DNA of 24,209 nucleotides from an uncultured Holosporaceae bacterium (GTDB lineage Bacteria; Pseudomonadota; Alphaproteobacteria; CAISOG01): NCBI GenBank assembly GCA_903887035.1, contig CAISOG010000074.1, positions 1 to 24,209 of the forward strand, read 5' to 3'. Shown piece by piece: positions 17,404 to 24,209 of this stretch (position 1 is its first letter; each line of letters starts with the position of its first letter). The notes under the pieces were generated by a model. It saw only the letters and a program-made list of their open reading frames with translations, ran no database searches and was not told where the DNA came from. The position numbers and the translations under genes were made by a program.

Positions 17404-19032
17404 CTAACTGTTGTCCGTTGCCTGATTGGCGATTTTGGCGGCTTTGCCCGCCATTTTTCCTCCAACTTTTACCCCTTGACTAGCTATCTCAGCGGCCTTG
17501 CCCGCCATTTGGGCGGCCTGGCCACCCTTAGCCGCCAAGGCCTGCCCGCCAGCCGCCATTGCGCCGCCAACGCCAGCGGTTAGCGCAGTTAAAGCAAGTG
17601 CCGCCGTGGCTACCACGGCACCTTTTAGCTTGTTGGCCAATTCATTGGCGCGATTTAACGGATCCCCTTCAGAACCAACTGCGCCAACAAAATCGGCGGC
17701 ATATTTGCTGGAAGTACCGACCGTACGGATAATCAACAGCCCAAGCGCCAACAACATCCAAAATCCTGGCACAATTGGGCTGGTTAACGCCCCCATGCCC
17801 GCCCCCTTACTGGCACCCTGGATCAGCGTGCATAGAGAAGCCCCCCCGCCCGCGCCGCCGCCGCTGCCACTACCGCCGCCCGCTAAGCCATTGGCAATCG
17901 CGCCCTGCACGATGGTGTGCATCATCACCCCACTAAAGGCCACAATTAGGCTAAGGAATACCAGGGTCAGGGCGGAGTGAACAATGCCGCGGAATGCCCG
18001 CTCCGCCGTGGGTCGGGTCAGTTTGAAAACAAAGCAGGCAATAAAAAAGGGCGCCATGATGTTGATGATTGCCCATCGAATCACCGCATCAATCATGTAA
18101 ATGGGAAAAATCAGAATGGCCAGTGCATAGACCAAGGCGATGATAATTCCGCCTATCGCGGGCAGAATGTTGCCAAAGGCGCTTTCCATCCCATTGCCAA
18201 ACAAGGCGCTTATGCTTGCCCAGCCAATGACCACGCCAATGCCCAAATTTTGCTGAAGCGCTCCAATTTGCGCGCTCATCCCCGTTTCAGGTTGGTTGGG
18301 ATCGAAATCGGGAATGGCATTCAACCCCTGAGCATAGTCGCCGCTTTTGCCCCCAGTCACCTCCATGCCAGCCTTCAGCATGGCTGTTGAGGTGCGAATC
18401 GCACTGTTGGTTATTGGCTTGTAGATATAATCCCAATACACGCTGTAGTTGCGAATCATCAGGATGCAGACCAAGCCAATCAACAGTTTAAGCCAAAGCT
18501 GTCCACCAACGTCTTTCGCTTTTTCCACGGGGCCAAAGGGCAACAGCAGTTTGCCAACCTCAATCAACACATAAAGGGCTAGGGCAATGGCCAAAATACG
18601 GCTGACCCCCGCGGCAAAGCGGCTGGGGCTGCCATCGGGACCGCTCATCGCCTTGCCCAATTTTTCTGATACTTGCATTACCCCCTCAAACAACGGGCAT
18701 GCCCAGCAGTTTTTCATGCTTTGATAGACGGCTTCGGTGCTAAGGTCGGCGCTGCAGCTGTAGGTGCTGCTTGAGGATGAAGAACTGCCGCTAGCTGTTG
18801 AAGAAGCGGCACCAGCTGTTGCACTTGATGCACCACCAGATGCTGTGCCAGATGCGCCCCCTGTGCTAGCTGAGCCAGAGGGATTGGTAGCGGGCGGGGT
18901 TGTAGTGCCCGCTGTGGGTGCAGGATTAACAACCGCATAGCTGGTTCCCGCCCCTAACGGTAACAACAGCATAAACAACAATCCTGTGGTCAGCAGGCGG
19001 CGGCCAAATTGCGGGAAATGCAGGAAACTCAT
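17404..19032 (-). CDS. VirB6/TrbL-like polytopic membrane protein, paralog B (CWACP)
   Basis: Signal peptide ending SYA-V, Ser/Thr/Gly/Ala-rich linker, CWACP, KLLLPFG, PIYMIDAVIRW...MAPFFIACFVFKLTR, Ala/Gly-rich tail typical of TrbL/VirB6. ATG overlaps the paralog C stop (TAATG). Confidence 0.7.
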   Translation of the reverse strand: MSFLHFPQFGRRLLTTGLLFMLLLPLGAGTSYAVVNPAPTAGTTTPPATNPSGSASTGGASGTASGGASSATAGAASSTASGSSSSSSSTYSCSADLSTEAVYQSMKNCWACPLFEGVMQVSEKLGKAMSGPDGSPSRFAAGVSRILAIALALYVLIEVGKLLLPFGPVEKAKDVGGQLWLKLLIGLVCILMIRNYSVYWDYIYKPITNSAIRTSTAMLKAGMEVTGGKSGDYAQGLNAIPDFDPNQPETGMSAQIGALQQNLGIGVVIGWASISALFGNGMESAFGNILPAIGGIIIALVYALAILIFPIYMIDAVIRWAIINIMAPFFIACFVFKLTRPTAERAFRGIVHSALTLVFLSLIVAFSGVMMHTIVQGAIANGLAGGGSGSGGGAGGGASLCTLIQGASKGAGMGALTSPIVPGFWMLLALGLLIIRTVGTSSKYAADFVGAVGSEGDPLNRANELANKLKGAVVATAALALTALTAGVGGAMAAGGQALAAKGGQAAQMAGKAAEIASQGVKVGGKMAGKAAKIANQATDNS

Positions 19033-21113
19033 TACGATGCCCTTGTCCGCTGTTGCCGAACCGATTTTTCGGTTTTGTTCCACGCATGCTGCATCGGGCT
19101 GCCCAACAAGCCGCCCAGATGTTTGGTTTTACGCCCACTAGGATCAGTGGTTTCATAGCGGTGAATAACGGTGCGCCCCGCGGTGCTGGCCACCTTTTGC
19201 CCGACCATCATGGCGCCCGTTTTGGCAAGGCCACCCGCCTGGGCGCTAAGCCCCATTGCCATTGAATCCATCCCCCGACCACCAATCAGATAGCCCGCAA
19301 TGCCAGCGGCTTTACCCAACATTTGGATGCCCAGCACCGCCACCGCCATCAGCACCCAAAAATACGGTTTGGTTATCCGAATCAAATCCTGAATCGCCTT
19401 TTTGCCATCATTGCTGTCAACCTGCTTAATCAGCTCAGACGCGTTGTAAACATTGCCAACCTTGTCCAACCCTGGAACAGCCTTAACAACATTGGTTAGC
19501 ATATTGTCGGTCATCGCAATCACAAAGGCGACCACCACCCCCAGGATCAGCAGGGTCATCATGGATTGGGCGACCGTGCGCACCCCTTTTTCAAAGGCCT
19601 TGCGGGTTTTGGGATATATGGCCGATGCCACCAAAAACGGACTGATCATCATCACAATGCCCAGCTGGATCACGGCATCAATCATATAGATGGGCAGTAG
19701 GATAAGCAGCAGGCCAAAGGCCAACATTATCAAAATCGACCCAATGACAACGTCCAGGTTCATTAACAGATACCACATCTGGTTTTTGCTTAGGACAACA
19801 AAATCCGCAACCAATCCAAAACGCGCCTTTGTTTCGCCCGTAAAGACCGTTGCGGAGCTTTTGAAGGCCTGAAAGCCCAGCATGGGCAGCACGCCCAGGG
19901 ACTTTTGCATCCTGTCCAGCTGGCAACTCATGGCCTTACTGACCACACTGGGGTTATCGTTGATGGATCCGGTTTTGCCTTGCAGCGCCCGCTGTCCCGC
20001 GATGGTAGAGGGGCAGTCGGTAGCGCTGCCCATCAAATCGGGCGATTGTTTGTTAATAATTCTATCCTGCACCTGCTGCTGAATCCCGCTGCCGTAATCC
20101 ATCAAAAAGGACATGACGGGGCCATAACCATAATCCCAAACAACATTCATATGGCTAAGCGTGGTTAGCACCAACAGGGTCAGCCCCAATCGCGATACAA
20201 CAGCATTGCCAATCTTCTTGGCGCCATCGGCGGGACCAAAAGGCAACAACAGCTTAATCGCCTCCAGCAGCAGCCATACCGCCAAGGCCAAGGCCAAAAT
20301 CTTTCTTAGGGCGGGCGCCAAAATCTCAAACATGGCGTTGGCGTACTCAACGCTGGTGTCAAACACCACCTCAAACAGCGGGCACAGCCAACAGGCGGTC
20401 ATGCCAGGCAGATAGGATGAAACAGGGATATAGCCATTGGCGACGGCGATCATATCGCTGATCATGGTGCCAAGGTAATTAAGCCCTTGCCCCAAAGAGT
20501 TGCACATGTAACCACTAACTTTTTGAACCCAGTAAGCTTTATCACCAGGACCCCAAGCATCTACCATTTTTTGTATTAGGGCTTTTGTTTGCGGACTATT
20601 CTTGTCGCAAATATTTGGGGTATTCACGATATCATCCACAATACCCCTTTCGCATAATCGCCCCACACCAGCGATAAGATATTCCGTGGTGCTGGGGGAA
20701 GTTTGCGTGGATAGCCAAACACCGCCCCCAATAGACACTGACCCAACTGGCTTCGTGGGATTGGCTGAAGCGCCTAAGGATTGTGCCAAGGCGGCGCCGT
20801 TAAGACTTGCAGTGCCTAAACAGCCTGCAGCTAGGCCATTTCTGTAATTGTCCTTAAAATACCCTTCCTGAAAGGGGCCACAGTCCCATCTGCTTGGATT
20901 GGTGCATTTGCGGCAATTGATATCGCTGCCGCACTCTTGCCCATTAATGGCTAACAGTGCCTTCCCAATATTTGGGTGAAGACAATTAAGGCCAAAACCA
21001 CCAGCACAGCTGTGCAATGGCGGAATGCTCGCATGCGCGCGTGTCGGCTGCGCCAGCAGGATCGCCAGCATGACAGCCGCCATCGCAATGCCCCTACGCC
21101 ACAAACCCTGCAC
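19032..21113 (-). CDS. VirB6/TrbL-like polytopic membrane protein with Cys-rich N-terminal domain, paralog C (CWLCP)
   Basis: Signal peptide ending AHA-S, ~210 aa domain with 10 Cys, CWLCP, KLLLPFG, PIYMIDAVIQ...ISPFLVASAIYPKTRKAFEK. Start uncertain: GTG 21227 (ORF limit), GTG 21113 (preferred, keeps the basic n-region) or ATG 21083. Confidence 0.7.
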   Translation of the reverse strand: MQGLWRRGIAMAAVMLAILLAQPTRAHASIPPLHSCAGGFGLNCLHPNIGKALLAINGQECGSDINCRKCTNPSRWDCGPFQEGYFKDNYRNGLAAGCLGTASLNGAALAQSLGASANPTKPVGSVSIGGGVWLSTQTSPSTTEYLIAGVGRLCERGIVDDIVNTPNICDKNSPQTKALIQKMVDAWGPGDKAYWVQKVSGYMCNSLGQGLNYLGTMISDMIAVANGYIPVSSYLPGMTACWLCPLFEVVFDTSVEYANAMFEILAPALRKILALALAVWLLLEAIKLLLPFGPADGAKKIGNAVVSRLGLTLLVLTTLSHMNVVWDYGYGPVMSFLMDYGSGIQQQVQDRIINKQSPDLMGSATDCPSTIAGQRALQGKTGSINDNPSVVSKAMSCQLDRMQKSLGVLPMLGFQAFKSSATVFTGETKARFGLVADFVVLSKNQMWYLLMNLDVVIGSILIMLAFGLLLILLPIYMIDAVIQLGIVMMISPFLVASAIYPKTRKAFEKGVRTVAQSMMTLLILGVVVAFVIAMTDNMLTNVVKAVPGLDKVGNVYNASELIKQVDSNDGKKAIQDLIRITKPYFWVLMAVAVLGIQMLGKAAGIAGYLIGGRGMDSMAMGLSAQAGGLAKTGAMMVGQKVASTAGRTVIHRYETTDPSGRKTKHLGGLLGSPMQHAWNKTEKSVRQQRTRAS

Positions 21114-21365
21114 CCCTGCCCCGCTGAAACAAAAAACACCTGACCAGTCTAACGCGAAACTGTAATCTTTTTTATGAAATTTTTCTGAAGGCCGATGGGT
21201 GCCAGAAGGGGCATCCAGGCCAAACACTTATAACCCAATAAAATTATGGGCGAAACCGCTGTGGCCGTCCACAATTCTTTACCATGATCTTGCCAGAAAG
21301 TTTGCGTATTCTATCCTTCAATCTGTCGCACGGTGGCGGCAGCAATTTTGAAAAAAGGAATGACG

Positions 21366-21860
21366 ATGCGCGGCAAAAAATTTTCGGCCATGGTGATGGC
21401 GGCGGTGATTCTGGTTGGCTGTACCAACACCCGCGGGGGCGGTGGCGGTAATGGCGGCATGAAGGAGGGGGTTGGAACCATCCTGGGCGGGGTTGGCGGC
21501 GCTGTCGTCGGTTCCCAATTCGGTAAGGGCAATGGCCAGCTGGCAATGGTGGCTACCGGCACGTTGTTGGGGGCATTTTTGGGCAATCAGATTGGTCAAT
21601 CGCTGGATAAGGCGGATGCGATGTACGCCAACCGCGCCGCCAATCAGGCCTTTGAGACGGCACCTTCGGGCACCTCAACCGCCTGGCGTAACCCCGATTC
21701 GGGCAATTCGGGCACGGTTGTCCCCAAACCAGCCTATCAGGCATCGAACGGGGAATATTGCCGTGAGTTTACCCAGACTGTTAGCGTCGGTGGTCGCGCG
21801 CAGGAGGCCTTTGGCACCGCCTGTCGCCAACCGGATGGCAGCTGGCGGATTGTGCAATAG
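21366..21860 (+). CDS. Glycine-zipper outer-membrane lipoprotein, Rickettsia 17 kDa surface antigen (RT0821/Lpp0805) family
   Basis: Lipobox LVG-C, glycine zipper GTILGGVGGAVVGSQFG...GAFLGNQIG, WRNPDSGNSG, YCREFTQTV...GTACRQPDGSWRIV. AAGGA RBS six bases before ATG 21366. Confidence 0.9.
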   Translation: MRGKKFSAMVMAAVILVGCTNTRGGGGGNGGMKEGVGTILGGVGGAVVGSQFGKGNGQLAMVATGTLLGAFLGNQIGQSLDKADAMYANRAANQAFETAPSGTSTAWRNPDSGNSGTVVPKPAYQASNGEYCREFTQTVSVGGRAQEAFGTACRQPDGSWRIVQ

Positions 21861-21895
21861 CAGCCTGAAAGCCTAAGCCAAGACTGCCCGCTACC

Positions 21896-22570
21896 ATGAA
21901 CGGCCCAATCGTTAATTATTGCGAACGCACCAGCGCCGCCTTTTGGGCGGAACCGATTAACGCCCTAACCAACCTAGCCTTTTTGCTGGCCGCCTATGGT
22001 GCTCTGCGGCTGGCGCGGCAGCATGTGCAGCCCTGGCAGTGGCGACGGGACTGGCCGATTGCCTGGCTGATTAGCCTGATAGCCATCATCGGGGTGGGCA
22101 GCAGCCTGTTTCACACCCTGGCAACCTTTGGGGCAATGCTGGCGGATGTTATACCCATTGCGGTCTATCAGGTCAGCTTTCTGGCGATTTACAGCTGGCG
22201 GATAGCCAAACTGCCCCCTTGGGCGGTGGGGGGACTGATTGTGCTGTTCCTGCTTAGCGGTTGGCTGATGGGGCAACTGGTGCCGCCCAGCCTGCATGAG
22301 CGGTTGAATGGCAGCCTGGCCTATGCCCCCGCCCTGCTGTTTCTGGTGGGGTTGGCGCTGTACCACCAGCGGTCGGGGGTGCTGCTGGCACCCTTCGCCC
22401 TGTGGCAGGCGATTGGCCTTTTCCTGCTTTCCCTGACCGCTCGCACCCTTGATTTGGTGGTGTGCGCACAGGTTCCGATTGGGATGCATTTCCTGTGGCA
22501 TCTGTTGAACGCGGGCGTGCTGTACCTGACCATGCGCGCCCTGCTGCTGAACTGGCGACGCTTCACCTAA
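21896..22570 (+). CDS. Ceramidase-domain (CREST superfamily) integral membrane hydrolase
   Basis: YCER...WAEPINALTNLAF, GSSLFHT (SxxxH), HFLWH (HxxxH), about seven hydrophobic segments. Confidence 0.82.
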   Translation: MNGPIVNYCERTSAAFWAEPINALTNLAFLLAAYGALRLARQHVQPWQWRRDWPIAWLISLIAIIGVGSSLFHTLATFGAMLADVIPIAVYQVSFLAIYSWRIAKLPPWAVGGLIVLFLLSGWLMGQLVPPSLHERLNGSLAYAPALLFLVGLALYHQRSGVLLAPFALWQAIGLFLLSLTARTLDLVVCAQVPIGMHFLWHLLNAGVLYLTMRALLLNWRRFT

Positions 22571-23250
22571 GCTTTGTCGGGATAGCGGCACCAGCGGGCA
22601 ATGGGGCAGCGATCGCATTTCGGTTTGCGCGCGGTGCAGGTATAGCGGCCATGCAGGATCAGCCAGTGGTGGGCGTTTAGCAGGTAGGCGGGCGGGATGA
22701 TGGCCAGCAACTGCCGCTCCGTCTGGTCAACATTGTTGGCATGGGTCAGGCCGATTCGGTTGCTGACCCGAAAAATATGGGTATCGACCGCCATGGTGGG
22801 CTGGCCAAAGGCGGTGTTCAGCACGACATTGGCGGTTTTGCGGCCAACCCCGGCCAGGGATTGCAAGGCTTCCCGCGTTTGCGGTACCTGCCCGTCATGT
22901 TGGGACAACAGCTGTTCACATAAGGTAATCAGGTTGGCGGCCTTGGTGTTGTAAAGCCCGATGCTTTGGATATAGGGCTTCAGCCCCTCAACCCCCAACC
23001 CCAACAGCGCGTGGGGGGTGTTGGCGATGGCAAACAGCTTAGCGGTGGCGCGATTAACCGCCGCATCGGTGCTTTGTGCTGACAGCACGACGGCCACCAG
23101 CAGGGTAAAGGGGCTGTCATACACCAGCTCGGTTTTGGGATGCGGGTTGGCGGCGGCGAAATTGGCGAAAATGGCCTGCACCGCGCTGGGGCTAAGCGGT
23201 TTGGTGCTGATGGGGGGTGATGGGGGGGATGCGTTCATCCTATTCGGCAT
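22567..23250 (-). CDS. nth: Endonuclease III
   Basis: LLVAVVLSAQSTD, HhH LAGVGRKTANVV, AVDTH, [4Fe-4S] motif CTARKPKCDRCPIARWC. Start ATG 23250 or 23238. The stop overlaps the ceramidase stop. Confidence 0.97.
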   Translation of the reverse strand: MPNRMNASPPSPPISTKPLSPSAVQAIFANFAAANPHPKTELVYDSPFTLLVAVVLSAQSTDAAVNRATAKLFAIANTPHALLGLGVEGLKPYIQSIGLYNTKAANLITLCEQLLSQHDGQVPQTREALQSLAGVGRKTANVVLNTAFGQPTMAVDTHIFRVSNRIGLTHANNVDQTERQLLAIIPPAYLLNAHHWLILHGRYTCTARKPKCDRCPIARWCRYPDKA

Positions 23251-23345
23251 GGCTGATTTGTTGGCAGCGGTCAAGCAGTGCAGATTGTGACTGTTTCTTG
23301 CGTGGCGGCTATCTGGCCATCGAATCAGGAAAAAGCGCTTAAGTC

Positions 23346-23361
23346 TTAAGCAAACCTTAAC
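23346..23361 (+). promoter_or_regulatory. CtrA binding site (TTAA-N7-TTAAC)
   Basis: TTAA GCAAACC TTAAC is an exact consensus match. An extra TTAA half-site at 23339-23342 and a GANTC at 23322-23326 are nearby. 55 bp upstream of the PAS-GGDEF start. Confidence 0.7.
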
Positions 23362-23416
23362 CAGGCCATGCGATCGTGAAAGCATTATTGTCACCTGCTT
23401 TCAATCGGTTTTCTGC

Positions 23417-24209
23417 ATGTCTCACCCTGCCGTTATTGCATCGGCAAAGTCCGTTGCCGCGCCACAACGTCTGGAACTCACAGCGCTTTTAAGCCTTGAG
23501 GCCGCGGGCGATTTGGCCTTTTCCTGGGATATTGATGGGGATCAGTTGGATTGGGTTGGGGCGATGGAGGAATTTTTTGATCAGGATCTGCCAACCCCGG
23601 CCAGTATGGCGATGTTTGATACCCTGATGAGCGAAAGTGATGCCCTGACCCATCGTCAGGCTATTACCCGTCATTTGGCGCATGGCGATCGTTATGAATG
23701 CCAATACCGCCTGCATGGCCGCAAGGGTGCCTCCGTCTGGGTGCATGAACGTGGCCAGGTGAAATTGGATAGCGGCGGGCGGGTCACCCATGTTTATGGC
23801 ACGATGCGCACGATTGACGAGCTGAAATCGCAAGAGGCTAAGCTGATTCAATATGCCGATTATGATGATATTACAGGTCATTATAACAAAAGACGGCTGC
23901 GAGAATCGTTGGATAAGGCGGTCAATTACGTTCAGCATTTTTCGACCACGGGCGCCTATTTGGTGGTAGGGATCGATCGTTTTTCGGTGATTAACGAATG
24001 CTATGGTTTCCGTATCGGTGACAAACTGCTGAATCGTGTAGCGCAACGGCTGCTGCACCATTTGCGGATTGCCGACATTATCGGGCGGGTGGATGGCGAT
24101 CGTTTTGGCTTGATTCTGTACCATTGTACCGAAGATGAGTTGGTAGGCGCGGCCGAGCGCTTTATCCGCGTCATCGCGGAGGAGATTTTTAATACCGAGC
24201 AGGGAGCCA
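23417..24209 (+). CDS. PAS + degenerate GGDEF domain protein (partial, runs off the right edge)
   Basis: My translation from ATG 23417 is open to the end. PAS/PAC-like ECQYRLHGRKGASVWVHERG, then DDITGHYNKRRL, GIDRFSVINECYGFRIGDKLL, RIADIIGRVDGDRFG. Not in the ORF track because no stop lies in the window. Confidence 0.9.
   Translation, partial: MSHPAVIASAKSVAAPQRLELTALLSLEAAGDLAFSWDIDGDQLDWVGAMEEFFDQDLPTPASMAMFDTLMSESDALTHRQAITRHLAHGDRYECQYRLHGRKGASVWVHERGQVKLDSGGRVTHVYGTMRTIDELKSQEAKLIQYADYDDITGHYNKRRLRESLDKAVNYVQHFSTTGAYLVVGIDRFSVINECYGFRIGDKLLNRVAQRLLHHLRIADIIGRVDGDRFGLILYHCTEDELVGAAERFIRVIAEEIFNTEQGA

Noticed and set aside
18990-21100. Twin arginines in the signal peptides of paralogs B (GRRLL) and C (WRRGI) as Tat signals
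   Set aside because: Neither matches S/T-R-R-x-F-L-K well, paralog A lacks RR, and polytopic membrane proteins normally use Sec/YidC.
21366-21860. Calling the lipoprotein VirB7 and the block a complete T4SS
   Set aside because: It is a 164 aa glycine-zipper 17-kDa-antigen-family protein, unlike the small VirB7, and no ATPase, core-complex or pilin genes are in the window.
23251-23394. 48 aa N-terminal extension of Nth in the ORF track
   Set aside because: It is non-homologous sequence spanning the divergent promoter region, including the CtrA box.
23489-24124. 211 aa minus-strand ORF
   Set aside because: Antisense shadow of the plus-strand PAS-GGDEF gene, which has clear domain motifs.

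Overview
A chromosomal window from an alphaproteobacterium. The evidence is petABC, a perfect CtrA box, CGTC-type palindromes and a Rickettsia 17-kDa-antigen-family lipoprotein; the lineage cannot be named from sequence alone. The left two-thirds is housekeeping: the 3' end of an unknown gene, dnaG (not followed by rpoD), petABC, rnr, dapB-rbfA-truB-rpsO-pnp, a FabX/nitronate-monooxygenase-family flavoprotein, efp and a DUF192 protein. The standout feature is at 15990-~21200. Three tightly coupled paralogous signal-peptide-bearing polytopic membrane proteins share a VirB6/TrbL-like core and an invariant CWxCP motif, but each has an unrelated N-terminal exported domain. No other type IV secretion gene is in the window. 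Divergent from this array are a 17-kDa-antigen-family lipoprotein and a CREST-family ceramidase-like gene, then nth and a PAS plus degenerate-GGDEF gene (running off the window) with a CtrA box upstream. Non-coding highlights are a ~175 bp TA-flanked MITE/RPE-like palindromic element, CGTC/TGTC-tagged REP-like palindromes, and an (ATGACC)x6 repeat that amplifies the petB stop/petC start overlap. I found no rRNA, tRNA or CRISPR array. All family assignments are from motif recognition, not database searches.
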